From a virus (Duplodnaviria; Heunggongvirae; Uroviricota; Caudoviricetes): 64,000 nt of DNA. The stretch is from the IMG/VR virus record IMGVR_UViG_2645727901_000008. One strand, given 5' to 3'. Numbering within the stretch: position 1 is the stretch's first letter; each line of letters opens with the position of its first letter. The translations under genes and the position numbers were made by a program. Below the pieces are notes generated by a model that saw only the letters and a program-made list of their open reading frames with translations, made no database searches and had not been told where the DNA came from. Positions 1 to 10,491 of the stretch are shown in pieces.

Positions 1-3000
1 AAACAAAGAGCCAAGCACCCCCTTATCTTCACCATCAATTACCTTGTATCCATTGTCATAAACTGGAATCCCCCTTGAGTTTACAGAGATTTTTTCACTC
101 TCACTTGCCGAAGAAACACCGGAGAGAAGATCCACTGAAGGCATATCGCGTTCAGCTTTTGGTCTTTTTTGTAAAGCGTCTCTTATATCAGTTACCTGGC
201 TTGCTTTTTGAAATCCAAAAGATTTACCGGTTAAGCTGGATATCTTTTCAGTAAGAGCCTGATCCATTCCTTTCGCTTTTTCGGAAAGCGAAGATATGGA
301 ACCAAACGAAGTCGCCGACGCAAAATCCTTAATCAGGCCAAGGTTTGTACCAGCAAGGCTGGTAGCCGCACCTCCAAATAAATTACCTACCCCGCTGTCA
401 TTTATAGCGATTAATCTCTCAAGCAGACTTGATGGCGAGCCAGTATTAACATCAACAATCTCTGGATTAATCGGTTGCGATTGATTGCCTGTTTTTTGTG
501 GCTTTTTGACTGCCTGGGCATGTTGTGCAACCTCAATTGGCTGTTGTGTTGCTGTCGGAACGGCATTCAAAACTGGTTGAGCTGGAGATTTTCCATTAGC
601 ATATTTTACCTTGCGACCAACACTATATTGCGAATCGCGGGCAATTAGCTGACCACCATTTTCTTTCTGAATTTTATTAATCCGCGCCAATGTTTCGTCA
701 GAGAATTGTCCCTCCCATCGACCAGTGTTAGTGTTAAATGCTCCAAGTGCATTCTTAATGAACTCATTATTAACTGCCGGATTTCCGCCTTCTTTCGTCG
801 CAATTGCACGAACTAATTGCGTCATAACCTCTGGGTTGCTGACATCTATTTTTTCATTAGGCGATACACCAAGATATTTACTGACGTTATCAATATATTG
901 GTTAGTATTGTTCTCATTTGGCGGTGCCCATTTTGAAATGATGCTGGATACCGTCTGTAACTTCTGATATCCCGCTGCAGCACTGGTGCCGTTGTAATAG
1001 CTGGAAACCTGGTTTGCCAGTGCCCTGATCCCTTCTTCAGGTGTGTTAAATCGCGCAAAACGTTGTTCACCCTTTGCATTTGGCGATTCCAGCGTCGCCC
1101 CTTCCTGGTTGGCAAAAACAAGATTACCGAGATTATTATTTCGGTAATTGCGGTTTTTAGCGTTGCTGCCGCCAATATTCAGATCCGCTGCAATGGTGTT
1201 GTTGGCAGGTGCACTAAATTCAGTTGGAGAAGTATACCCGTGCTCACCAACTCCATCCTCGCCATTACGCCCACCTTGTAATTGTTCACCTAGAGAATGA
1301 ATCGCATCGACAGTTTTTTTGGTGCCGTCTTCAACAGCTTTTTTTACTTGTTTCGTGTTTTCGTCAGTGGATAAAAATGTATCCTTAAGGCTACCAAAAA
1401 CAGATTTGGTGATATCTACCGCGCCGTTAACACCACGAGCAATATCTCCGGTATCAAAATTCTGAAGTTTTTCACCTGCTCTTTCAAATCCTAGCGCAGA
1501 AATTCCTTTCCCTATCAAGTTCGTTGCGCCCGACACCAAGCCACCCATATCGAGCACATTAGCTGTTGCGTAAGCCGTTTTTTGCTGTTCGGATACAGCA
1601 TCATCGTCACTTAAACCAAAGGCTGCCTTTTGCGCCTCTGTATCTGTGTAACCATCTATGGCGTCATATCCAGCCATTGCCAGCGAACCGATGATAGGGA
1701 CCGCTCTTGCCGCTGTGGATGCTGCTGATTTAACACCTATTTTTGCTGCACTTTTGAGGGCTACAGATTCAGTTTTTTTCTTTGCAATGACTTCGCCGGT
1801 TTTAATGGTGGCATCTTCAGCCACAACACCAGCTGACTTCACGGCCTTAGCAGTATTTTTTGTTTCCTTTGCAATCCCCTTTGATGTATCGCTGATAGTG
1901 CTTACATCTTTGGGTTTGCTGATCTTATTTTTAACTACTTTTGCTGCTCCGACACCAGTGCCAGCCGCAGCGCTACCGGCAGCAACTTTTTCGCCAGCGG
2001 AGAGTGCTTTTTTCCCAAGATTGCGGCCTTTCCTTTTCGATTTGTTCCGTTTATTTTTTCCCGTCTGATCACCAATATTGATTTTATTTCTTCTGCTTGC
2101 TCGATTTTTCCAGAGATCACTTAAGCCGAACTTATTTCCAGAAGACACTGATTTCCGAAGCTTAACTATCTCGTCAGAAACATTTTCCAGACCATCAATT
2201 ATTTTGTTGTCATTGGTCTGAAGGATTTTGGTTTGCTCTTCTACTGCTTGTGCGGATTTTGTCTCAACAGCGTTATTGAATGCTTTTGCAGATGTTGCTT
2301 TTTGAGAATTCACCGCCGCCGGATAAGTAATTACTGGTGATATCGCTTTCGAGGTTGATGTTTCTTTTTTCCCCTTTTCTACCAATTCTTTAAGAGATTC
2401 TGCTTTACCTGTGATCTCTTTAGTTATGTCGTACATGCCACGAGCCGCCATCCATAACGGCCCACCAGCACCGACACCAGCTGCATTTGTTAAAGACTCT
2501 TCACTGGAAGACTGATTGCCATCTACCCCCATAATGGAACCTAGCTTTCTGAGAAAGCCAGCTTGTAATTTTGCGTCGGCTTTACGTGCGTTCTGCAATT
2601 CTTTTTTTCTGGCTACATCCTCATTGCTTTTTTGGGATACAAAACGTCCATTACTATCCCGCAGCGGGCCTTTTAGACTTTGGGGGGATTGTGGTTCAAG
2701 AGGGGCTGAATTAGCAGCTACCGGTATAAAACCGTCCGATTTTCGGATGGTCTGACGTGATTGCACGGAGCGAACACTTTCTTGTGTGTTCGTTGCAACG
2801 ATAGAGCGGTCCACGGTTTGGTTTATCGGTGCCCTTTCCTTTTTAGCAGGGAGACGTTTTTTATATGGGTTAGTTTGGACATCTCTAACGCTATCAGATG
2901 TACTTTGCTCGTAGTCTTTACGCCTGCGTGATAGTCTGTTGCTAACTCTGCCTTGCCTTTCGTCCTGTTGAGTTATGGTGCTTGCCCCAGAAAGAATGGC

Positions 3001-3222
3001 GTCTTTTACCTCAGCAAGAGCTTTAAGTTCGTTTGTGCTCGCCTCCTGAATAGCGTCAATTATTGCGATACGGTTTTTATTCTCTTTCAAAATAACCTCT
3101 CTTTTACCAGCGCGATCAACGTTTCCCGGCTTGAGCTTTGTATTTTTCTTCCAGGGCTTTTGACATATGGAGTGCTCGCCATTGCGGTAATTGTTCAACG
3201 TCGCTAACGGGCTGATATCCAT
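1..3222 (-). CDS. sit: Tape-measure-like protein (P1 Sit-like), C-terminal part lies outside the window
   Basis: Uninterrupted minus-strand frame from ATG at 3222 to the window edge (over 1070 codons), Gly/Ala/Lys-rich repetitive sequence; absent from the ORF track because the stop is outside the window. Confidence 0.6.
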   Translation of the reverse strand, partial: MDISPLATLNNYRNGEHSICQKPWKKNTKLKPGNVDRAGKREVILKENKNRIAIIDAIQEASTNELKALAEVKDAILSGASTITQQDERQGRVSNRLSRRRKDYEQSTSDSVRDVQTNPYKKRLPAKKERAPINQTVDRSIVATNTQESVRSVQSRQTIRKSDGFIPVAANSAPLEPQSPQSLKGPLRDSNGRFVSQKSNEDVARKKELQNARKADAKLQAGFLRKLGSIMGVDGNQSSSEESLTNAAGVGAGGPLWMAARGMYDITKEITGKAESLKELVEKGKKETSTSKAISPVITYPAAVNSQKATSAKAFNNAVETKSAQAVEEQTKILQTNDNKIIDGLENVSDEIVKLRKSVSSGNKFGLSDLWKNRASRRNKINIGDQTGKNKRNKSKRKGRNLGKKALSAGEKVAAGSAAAGTGVGAAKVVKNKISKPKDVSTISDTSKGIAKETKNTAKAVKSAGVVAEDATIKTGEVIAKKKTESVALKSAAKIGVKSAASTAARAVPIIGSLAMAGYDAIDGYTDTEAQKAAFGLSDDDAVSEQQKTAYATANVLDMGGLVSGATNLIGKGISALGFERAGEKLQNFDTGDIARGVNGAVDITKSVFGSLKDTFLSTDENTKQVKKAVEDGTKKTVDAIHSLGEQLQGGRNGEDGVGEHGYTSPTEFSAPANNTIAADLNIGGSNAKNRNYRNNNLGNLVFANQEGATLESPNAKGEQRFARFNTPEEGIRALANQVSSYYNGTSAAAGYQKLQTVSSIISKWAPPNENNTNQYIDNVSKYLGVSPNEKIDVSNPEVMTQLVRAIATKEGGNPAVNNEFIKNALGAFNTNTGRWEGQFSDETLARINKIQKENGGQLIARDSQYSVGRKVKYANGKSPAQPVLNAVPTATQQPIEVAQHAQAVKKPQKTGNQSQPINPEIVDVNTGSPSSLLERLIAINDSGVGNLFGGAATSLAGTNLGLIKDFASATSFGSISSLSEKAKGMDQALTEKISSLTGKSFGFQKASQVTDIRDALQKRPKAERDMPSVDLLSGVSSASESEKISVNSRGIPVYDNGYKVIDGEDKGVLGSLF

Positions 3223-3236
3223 ATAGAGTCAGGTTG

Positions 3237-4058
3237 TTAATAATGGTTAGCCATCCATTCAGATCTAATTGATGGGATAAACTCTCTATTGAGAAAGGGG
3301 ACGTACAGTGTGGTTGTCACATCTGCACCCTCCTTAGCGTTTTTGCAATGTTGCGGAGGCAGGATCAGTCGGCTTGTGCCTCTCTCAATAGACATTTTCA
3401 GGCCGTGGCGTAGGTCTTTTTGCATAAGCTGTATGCGAGCCACAAGCGGTGTAAACTCGGTTTCAAGCGCCATGCTTTCAATGATGTCGAAGCGTCGGTT
3501 AGCTGCTTGAGTGAAGTCTTCCGGATCGTCGTCCAGTGCTGTGCATAAAGCGAGTTCTGCAATGCGCATACGGGCCACGCCTGCACTGTATTCAGGGCTT
3601 TTCATATCAGGAAGTGACGCACGCATACGTTCAAGGAGTTCCGCGCCTTTCCCGGTTAATGGTTTAAGTATCCAGTCAGTTGGTACGCCGTTTACCGGTA
3701 CGTTGGTTTTTACGTAAGGCGGTACAGTGAGTATCTCTACTGTTTGAGCCAGATCGCTCAGGTTTATATCGGCGTGATGCGTATTACCGCAGTGACTGCA
3801 CTCATAGGAGTAGGTCATTACTGCATCGGGGCGCGAATTAACAAATATCCACCAAAGAGCAGTTCTGCGATCCTGAACTGTCCAGTTAGCACTGTCGTTA
3901 ATTTCACCATCCTGCATAGAGTTAAGGTACTCTGTAGTAGTTGCCTCATCTTCTGCCGGGTTCAGGTCAGAATATTTCAGCGCATCCTTCACGGTAGGGG
4001 CGTGGAACTGAATTTCTGTCTCAGGACGGGAAGGCAATGGGAATTTTGGAATGTTCAA
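3237..4058 (-). CDS. Hypothetical tail morphogenesis protein, Cys/His-containing
   Basis: 273-aa ORF directly upstream of sit; TTG start preceded by GGAGG; CSHCGNTHH motif. Confidence 0.45.
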   Translation of the reverse strand: MNIPKFPLPSRPETEIQFHAPTVKDALKYSDLNPAEDEATTTEYLNSMQDGEINDSANWTVQDRRTALWWIFVNSRPDAVMTYSYECSHCGNTHHADINLSDLAQTVEILTVPPYVKTNVPVNGVPTDWILKPLTGKGAELLERMRASLPDMKSPEYSAGVARMRIAELALCTALDDDPEDFTQAANRRFDIIESMALETEFTPLVARIQLMQKDLRHGLKMSIERGTSRLILPPQHCKNAKEGADVTTTLYVPFLNREFIPSIRSEWMANHY

Positions 4059-4162
4059 TTATTCCTCCGAAAAGCAGGTATCTGTTCATTTTCCAGAGGA
4101 TAGGGAGTGTGTGATTTGCGATGGGGATTGAATGAAGATCTTTGCTAGTCGAGAAGCGATTA

Positions 4163-4304
4163 TTGAGGGTGATTTTTACACCTTAAGTGACGCTACTCAC
4201 ATATCCACAGAGTATTTTTATAAACCTTTTTCCATTTTTAATCCTTTTTAGATCCTTTTTAGGCGTCGCTGGAGCCAGTAGTGGCGCGGGCTGTAGAGGA
4301 GGCT
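4163..4304. promoter_or_regulatory. Putative replication-origin flank: DnaA-box-like ATATCCACA, GATC sites, inverted iteron copy
   Basis: ATATCCACA near 4201, GATC at about 4137 and 4250, iteron-like ttgagggtgatttttacacc near 4163. Confidence 0.4.
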
Positions 4305-4432
4305 GGTGTAAGATTTGCCCTCAATTAAATACGATCGGTGTAAGATTCGCCCTCAAAAGGTGTAAGATTTGCCCTCAAAAGGTGTAGTAATTGCCCTCAA
4401 AGTGATGTAAAAATTGCCCTCACCATTCGAAG
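4305..4432 (+). repeat. Five direct ~20-bp iterons upstream of repA (incC-like)
   Basis: GGTGTAAGATTTGCCCTCAA and close variants at about 4305, 4337, 4359, 4381, 4402 with 21-22 bp spacing. Confidence 0.8.
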
Positions 4433-4446
4433 GAACACACAGGGTT

Positions 4447-5202
4447 ATGAACAGAGCGGAATTAACAGCAAAAGCCGTCAGCCTGATTGAGTCAGCGACA
4501 CCTATTAGTCGTAGTTTGGCACAAGCCAATGAGATCACGGAGGCTGCTTATCACCTGACTCGCGACCAAAAGCGACTGTTGTTTATTGTGGTGGGAAGAC
4601 TTCGCTATGCTTCTAAGGATGGCGTTCTTGGTTCAGGTGCCTGTGAGTTGACGGTCAACGAATATGCAGAGATGTATAATTTGCCCTCTGCTGAAGCCAG
4701 CAAGGATATTCGTAAGGCCATTTCAGGGCTTAGCGAGAAGAAAGTTACGATATATAACCCTGATGAATCGACCGAATCAGAAGACAGTTATGAGTCTTAT
4801 CCTTGGATGATTAAGGATGCCTATTCACCACGGCGCGGGACTTACATTATTCATCTTAATCCATATCTCATGCCGTTTTTTACTCTGCTTGATAAGAGAT
4901 TCACGAGGCTGAATTTTACCGAAGTATCTCGCCTTACAAATCCTTATTCTATGCGGCTTTATGAGTCCTTATGCCAGTACAGGAAGGATGATGGAAGCGG
5001 CTTTGCCATACTTGGCGTCGAATGGATGCGGGAGCGTTATGGGTTACCAAAAAGCTATCAGCGGTATGCCGAATTTAAGAGAAGTTTTTTAACGAAGGCT
5101 GTAGCAGAGATTGAAAAAAATACAAAAATGAAAATAGTCTTCTCAGAGGTGACGGAAGGCGGAAAAGTTACCAGGATAAAATTTACCTATCAGCAGTCTT
5201 AA
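4447..5202 (+). CDS. repA: Iteron-binding plasmid replication initiator RepA-like
   Basis: Flanked by iteron arrays on both sides; ATG at 4447 follows the last iteron (the track's TTG at 4414 lies inside an iteron). Confidence 0.75.
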   Translation: MNRAELTAKAVSLIESATPISRSLAQANEITEAAYHLTRDQKRLLFIVVGRLRYASKDGVLGSGACELTVNEYAEMYNLPSAEASKDIRKAISGLSEKKVTIYNPDESTESEDSYESYPWMIKDAYSPRRGTYIIHLNPYLMPFFTLLDKRFTRLNFTEVSRLTNPYSMRLYESLCQYRKDDGSGFAILGVEWMRERYGLPKSYQRYAEFKRSFLTKAVAEIEKNTKMKIVFSEVTEGGKVTRIKFTYQQS

Positions 5203-5537
5203 GGGCAATTTTTACACCCTTCTCAAGGTGTAGAATTTGCCCTTAACGATCGGCAATTGAGGGCAATTTTTACATCTTAATTGCATGTATCTTGTTATTA
5301 GCAAGTTGTGTTTTTATATAACGTATTGATATGTAAGGATTATGTAAAAATCACCCTCAACCAATATCGTGCGTATCGTGCATTCTTATTGCGCTTTTTT
5401 ATTATCATTCACTGTGTTAACTGATTGATATTATTGAAATGTGTAAAGAATGCCTTCATTACAGATGAATTGATGATGTAAAAAATGCCCTCAAAATTGC
5501 GCTACCTTCCCTACCCGCTATCGTTGAGGGCGTGGGT
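5201..5537. repeat. Downstream iteron cluster in both orientations (incA-like copy-control locus)
   Basis: At least six copies of the GTGTAAAAATTGCCCTCAA family in both orientations after the repA stop. Confidence 0.7.
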
Positions 5538-5583
5538 GCTGACGGGAAATGAGCAACCCTCCAGCACACATAATTAAAGCGCT

Positions 5584-6291
5584 TCAGAATTTAATCACTC
5601 CACTCACAGCTCCCTTTAACGCACTTGTAGCCATGCCTGCGGCACCGTTGACCAAAGCAGAAACACCTGAGCCTGCGGATGTGTATTTCTGGAAAGTGAT
5701 TGGGTATGACAAGAACTCTGACACCTGATCACGTGAGCGAGTGATTTCCCCAAGTTGTGTAGGAAATACGCGCATTTCTTCTTCCAGTTCTTTTCCGCCG
5801 TCCTGAGTCACCCGGTAGACACGGATTTTCATCAGATATTCAGGAGGAAGGTTTATTGTTCCATCAGGGTTTGTTACACGAGAACGACGCTCTTTGAACC
5901 AGTCCATGATCTTGCCATCTTCGGTATCCCTCACGGTCATAGTGACCGGTCCGGCGCTAACATAGGTTGGCTTGCTGAATTCTACGCTGCCGATCACCTT
6001 GCTTTCTGTCTCAATGTTTCCACTGCTGTAGGTGATATCCTTCACGAACATATCGAAGCCGTTCAGGCCATCCACTTCAACGGTCCACTGCCACCCCTGG
6101 GCGTAACGGATACGCATAGCGGCAGCAACAATATTTTTCCCGTAGGCAATATCGCTACTGTAATTCCCGCTTACCCCGCCGCCTGATATGGCTTTATCAA
6201 GAATGTCGCTAATGAGGTTGCTGGTGAATGATTTCGTGTTAAATGACAATGCGGTGGTCAACGTTCTACCAACGCTGCTGAAAATACTCAC
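5584..6291 (-). CDS. Putative tail structural protein
   Basis: 235-aa ORF, GTG start with GGAGG RBS, in the tail gene block. Confidence 0.4.
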   Translation of the reverse strand: MSIFSSVGRTLTTALSFNTKSFTSNLISDILDKAISGGGVSGNYSSDIAYGKNIVAAAMRIRYAQGWQWTVEVDGLNGFDMFVKDITYSSGNIETESKVIGSVEFSKPTYVSAGPVTMTVRDTEDGKIMDWFKERRSRVTNPDGTINLPPEYLMKIRVYRVTQDGGKELEEEMRVFPTQLGEITRSRDQVSEFLSYPITFQKYTSAGSGVSALVNGAAGMATSALKGAVSGVIKF

Positions 6292-6306
6292 TCTGCGCCT
6301 CCAGCG

Positions 6307-6858
6307 TTAAAAAATGGTAGCCCCCGGAATAATGGCCCGGTTTGAGGACATTTTTTCCTCTATCTCCTGCACTCGGGCATATAGCGTGGCTTCATCGGGC
6401 AGATCGGAGTAGTCAAATTTCCCGTCGATGGACGCTCTACGCTGCCGGGCGACATTTCTGACATTGATAAGCGCCTCCAGATATTCCTCCAGCATTCCAA
6501 TGATTGCAGGAGGCACTTGCCATTCATCCAGCTTTCTGTCGCGTAGATTAACCAGATAGAGCATCCGAAAAGGCCAGCGTTCTGAACCTGTTAGCTCTAA
6601 TTCAATAAAGCCGGATAATTCATCCGAATAGACCAACAGGCCATTGTTGTCGGTAACATGAACCAGAGAGAGATAATCTTCTGGCAATGGAATTGCAGTA
6701 CCACCAGCTTTTTCAAGTTTTAACGTTTTCACTACCCCTGCCCTGTCCTGATACGTGGTCAGAGCTTTGATCAGGAAGGCTTTCAGCGTTTCTTCTTCAC
6801 GCACAAGCAGTGGATTAAATCGTGCTTTAACGCTTTCTAATAATTCGGTTGGTGTCAT
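6307..6858 (-). CDS. Hypothetical tail-assembly protein
   Basis: First ATG (6858) with GGAG RBS; the track start at 6897 is TTG. Confidence 0.4.
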   Translation of the reverse strand: MTPTELLESVKARFNPLLVREEETLKAFLIKALTTYQDRAGVVKTLKLEKAGGTAIPLPEDYLSLVHVTDNNGLLVYSDELSGFIELELTGSERWPFRMLYLVNLRDRKLDEWQVPPAIIGMLEEYLEALINVRNVARQRRASIDGKFDYSDLPDEATLYARVQEIEEKMSSNRAIIPGATIF

Positions 6859-6912
6859 CGTGCCTACAACTCCAAAACAAAGATGTTCCCGCCACAAGGG
6901 CGGGAGCGGGGA

Positions 6913-7404
6913 TTATTCTGCCCAGTTGTAAACAATACGCAGAGAAGGTTTAACAACAGCCGTTACGTCTTCGGAAGAGAAGTCCACGGCGTCGGAATAC
7001 ACTTTGCAGTGAGAATATGTGCGGATCAGACCTTTATGGTTACCGCTATTCGATTCAGCCGCCGCCTGTAAGGTAATTTCCAGATATTCTTTTCCGTATA
7101 CCATCTGTTTTACAGCGGCGAGAACTGCGCCTTCGATAGTTTCCGCGCATGTGACCTGAAATTCACCAGAGTTGCGTAATGGTCCGTGCTGGTTGAATTT
7201 CATGCCACCAGGGGCGTAATCCTCCACATCTTCACGTGTCATTTCTGGTAACTGAGCTGTACGAACTAGTACAGACAGATGTTCGTAACCCTTAATGGTC
7301 ATCCAATATTCAGAACCAATAAGTTTTTCGCCTGCAGCCAGGTTTTTATTAAACCGGGATTTTAGAAAGGCCATATCGGCTTTTGTATTTGCAAAACCGG
7401 ACAT
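6913..7404 (-). CDS. Putative tail tube protein (T4 gp19-like size and C-terminus)
   Basis: 163 aa, downstream of the sheath-like gene, GGAG RBS. Confidence 0.45.
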   Translation of the reverse strand: MSGFANTKADMAFLKSRFNKNLAAGEKLIGSEYWMTIKGYEHLSVLVRTAQLPEMTREDVEDYAPGGMKFNQHGPLRNSGEFQVTCAETIEGAVLAAVKQMVYGKEYLEITLQAAAESNSGNHKGLIRTYSHCKVYSDAVDFSSEDVTAVVKPSLRIVYNWAE

Positions 7405-7412
7405 AAATACTC

Positions 7413-8003
7413 CTACACAAAAACAGATGAGATATTGCTACGGTTGATCGATGTGTTACCGCTGCATTGCAGGGTTACCGTGTTATGAGTGAAATAGCCT
7501 TCCGGTGTGCGCGGGGCGTCCAGTTGGTAACTCACGCTTTTGATAACAACGTCGGTAAGGGCTATGTTCCTACCTATGTTTAACGTTACTGTCTCCGGGC
7601 GACGACCGAATGGCGCTACATTGTTCAGTTCCGGCGATTCCATCTTCAGCAATGCTGTAATGGCTGCGTTCACTTCAAGTTGCGCATTCACTGTCGCCAT
7701 GAAATCAATTACCAGATTAAATTCAGGCGGTTGCTGACCTTCCCAAACAAGCATTGAGTTGAAGAGGGTTTTTGTTGTTACGCCGGTTGCGGTCTGAAGC
7801 GTATCTGCAAGAGAGCCAGCCGCAGCGCTAATACCGCCAAGCAAACCTCCTACTGACTGGTTTTCAAATGGTGATTGCCACATTGATGACAGTTCTGCGG
7901 TAGATCCTTCACCGATATAACCGACGACCATATCCTCTGAAGAGAGGATATAAACCTTCATTAACGGACTTATTCCGTCAGGCATTATCGCGCCGCAAAT
8001 CAA
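7413..8003 (-). CDS. Hypothetical tail protein
   Basis: 196-aa ORF in the tail block, TTG start with GGGAG RBS. Confidence 0.4.
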   Translation of the reverse strand: MICGAIMPDGISPLMKVYILSSEDMVVGYIGEGSTAELSSMWQSPFENQSVGGLLGGISAAAGSLADTLQTATGVTTKTLFNSMLVWEGQQPPEFNLVIDFMATVNAQLEVNAAITALLKMESPELNNVAPFGRRPETVTLNIGRNIALTDVVIKSVSYQLDAPRTPEGYFTHNTVTLQCSGNTSINRSNISSVFV

Positions 8004-8052
8004 ACGCTATTTCTCCCAGGTAGAGGCCACCTTTGCAGGCGGCCTGTGTCAC

Positions 8053-8787
8053 TTACAAACCGCGTTTTTTGCGAATGCGCATTGATTTTTTGCGGTTAAT
8101 ATTCGCTACGGATGTATGTGCTTTGCGGCGTGCTTTTTTCAGCGCCTGTTTTTGCAATGACGTCATGCGGCGAGGACGCGGGCGTTTACGGATGATGGTA
8201 ACCTTGCCATCACGAACCACTTTTTTACGTACCGCTTCCAGCATTGCGCTATCACCACCAGCAACGGTGTAAATGGCAATAGCTGTTTCCATCATGTCGG
8301 TGTCGCTTTCGGAAAGAGCGTCATAAACACGTTCGGCAGCTGAGTCATCTTCATCGTCGATCATTTCGGTTACATCGTCCTGATCAGCGCCAAGCGCAAC
8401 AGCTGCATCAGCAAGAGCTGCGAGAGCATCGTTATAAGCATCGATTTGCTCATCGGTGAAATCGGTGTCTTCATCGATATCAGCCAGGCCAGCCATAGTG
8501 ATTGCTAATGCATCAAATGAGTCAGCCTCCGGATCACCATCTTCAACCCAACCAGCAAGCATGGAAGCTGCCAGGCTACGCATATCACCTTGTGCACGGG
8601 ATTCAACCGCTTCCATCATCGCGGTTTCAATGTCGTCTTTGGGCTTTGGTTGAGTGTCCTTTCCTTTCTGTCCTGCGCTTTCCAGCATGGCGTTATCATT
8701 ATTGTCCTGCGTGGATTTATCACCGCTTTCAAAGCAGCCAGAACCGAAAATCGCACGCATAAAAGGATCAGCAGTATAATTTTTCAT
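8053..8787 (-). CDS. Highly acidic protein with basic C-terminal tail
   Basis: Asp/Glu-rich over about 200 aa then KKARRK...RKKRGL; ATG at 8787 with GAGAGG RBS. Confidence 0.45.
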   Translation of the reverse strand: MKNYTADPFMRAIFGSGCFESGDKSTQDNNDNAMLESAGQKGKDTQPKPKDDIETAMMEAVESRAQGDMRSLAASMLAGWVEDGDPEADSFDALAITMAGLADIDEDTDFTDEQIDAYNDALAALADAAVALGADQDDVTEMIDDEDDSAAERVYDALSESDTDMMETAIAIYTVAGGDSAMLEAVRKKVVRDGKVTIIRKRPRPRRMTSLQKQALKKARRKAHTSVANINRKKSMRIRKKRGL

Positions 8788-8832
8788 ATTCAAACCTCTC
8801 TCCCCCGCATCATTTAGCGGGGGGGTTATAAA

Positions 8833-10491
8833 TCAGCGCATCAGAATTGGCTTACCGACGATTCGGCGAGCTGTACCGGTCGGACAAACAGACCAGGACA
8901 CTTCCCACAGATCGATGTCCTTTTGGACAACCTGAACAACATATGGATCTTCGCCCTGGGACTTGTCACGTGGAGTAACCAGCGCACCGGCTGCAACGTA
9001 ACGGTCAAGCAATTCAGTCATTGCTTTCATTAGCGTTTCTTTAGTAATGCCATCTGGTTCATGCTTAATTGTCTGAGCAACTTCATAGAAATTGCGGGCA
9101 ATAGCATTCATCAGAGACGAAACGTGCTGGAATCGCAGGTAGTTGTTTTTACTGAAAGTAGTTAAAGAGTCGTCGATGTAGACAGAACCATCAGCAGCAA
9201 CAGAAACTGGATTAATGCGCGCAAGAACGAACGCTTCACGATCAACTGCACCGATATTTGGAATTCGGGCAATGTTCTGTCGATCAATAATCGCGCGTGA
9301 TATACCTGCCGGTGCGTAATGCCAACCACCAACATCCGGTACCAGCGCCACTCCTTTTGCCTTCGCTACGAATGCGTCGCAGCTAATGCCATAGACGACA
9401 TTCATTCCAGTGAAAGTATCTCGGCAGGAGAGTGGGAAGTAGTAACGGCTTGGTTGATGTGAGCCGCCAAAACTATGGCTTTTCGCTTCTGAAATAGCGT
9501 TTTCAGGTGTCTGGTTGCCCTTCAGGTCATAGAACATGTCTACGCGAACATCTTCAGCCAGCTTTTTGATTGCGGCTAAGGCGGATGCGTCATAACAGCC
9601 AAGTGACAGCAATGCGGTGTAATTAACCTCTGAAGCTTCGAGAACCTTTAATGCTTCCAGATAGTCTGCAGCGTTAATTTCGGACAGATTTCCATCAGTA
9701 CCACCTTCAAAAGCTACATCCTCAAAAATGAGTTGAGCAGCGGATGCTTCTGCATTATCTGCCAGTACGGCACCAATGCGAGAGGACTGGCTTTCAAGCA
9801 GTGTCGGAATCCATGCTGGTTGGCCCATGTCGTTGGTGCCTTCTGGATTGAAAGACACTTGGTGACTTTCCAGCACCTCAATGGACCCATCGGTTTGTTT
9901 TTCTTTCAGCGTCAGCGTAAAGAGTTCGCTTTCTTCATCATCGCGAGTTAGTGATAACGTGCGATTTTGAGATGCATCACCATCTTTGATGAAGAATAAT
10001 GCCTTCTCTCCACTTTTAATCTGGGGCGTCTCTTTGGGTGTGAAGGTCACTGATTGAGTCGTTGCAGTTGAAGCAACACCAACGCTTAATGTGTCACCTG
10101 GATTTACTGTGGTTTCAGTAGGTTCAACGGAAAGTTCTTTGCTCGCCTTTGCCGCTTTTGCTTTGCCCACAACGGAAACAGAAATACCCGGCACCTTCAT
10201 GTCTTTAGCGCAAACTCGAACGACATATCCAGAGCCGCCTTTTACTGCACGCTCCACGTGGCGATATGGTTCAAATGCCGCGCCCTGGCGAGGGTGAATC
10301 GGTGAACCTAATACGCTTTGATAAGTCGTATCGTCAACTTTCAGTACCTTACCCGGTGCGCCACGACGCGATATTACAAGCCCAGCAAAGACGGATGCGC
10401 CACCGCTGGTATTGGTGAGGGTAGCGTCAGCATTTACTGACATTACAGCAACGCCAGCTGCCTGCCCTACCGAAAAACTAATCTTATTCAT
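8833..10491 (-). CDS. Putative contractile tail sheath protein
   Basis: 552 aa, position next to tube-like and head-like genes (P1 gene 22-like by size and synteny). Confidence 0.5.
   Translation of the reverse strand: MNKISFSVGQAAGVAVMSVNADATLTNTSGGASVFAGLVISRRGAPGKVLKVDDTTYQSVLGSPIHPRQGAAFEPYRHVERAVKGGSGYVVRVCAKDMKVPGISVSVVGKAKAAKASKELSVEPTETTVNPGDTLSVGVASTATTQSVTFTPKETPQIKSGEKALFFIKDGDASQNRTLSLTRDDEESELFTLTLKEKQTDGSIEVLESHQVSFNPEGTNDMGQPAWIPTLLESQSSRIGAVLADNAEASAAQLIFEDVAFEGGTDGNLSEINAADYLEALKVLEASEVNYTALLSLGCYDASALAAIKKLAEDVRVDMFYDLKGNQTPENAISEAKSHSFGGSHQPSRYYFPLSCRDTFTGMNVVYGISCDAFVAKAKGVALVPDVGGWHYAPAGISRAIIDRQNIARIPNIGAVDREAFVLARINPVSVAADGSVYIDDSLTTFSKNNYLRFQHVSSLMNAIARNFYEVAQTIKHEPDGITKETLMKAMTELLDRYVAAGALVTPRDKSQGEDPYVVQVVQKDIDLWEVSWSVCPTGTARRIVGKPILMR

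Noticed and set aside
296-3207. Several 60-136 aa ORFs inside the Sit-like region
   Set aside because: All lie within or antisense to one long uninterrupted minus-strand frame; the repetitive composition generates spurious frames
4414-4446. TTG start for repA given by the ORF track
   Set aside because: The extension lies inside the last iteron; the first ATG at 4447 is the more plausible start
4305-5537. Iteron arrays as a possible CRISPR array
   Set aside because: Repeats are about 20 bp with irregular spacing and both orientations, flank a replication initiator gene, and there are no cas genes or unique spacers
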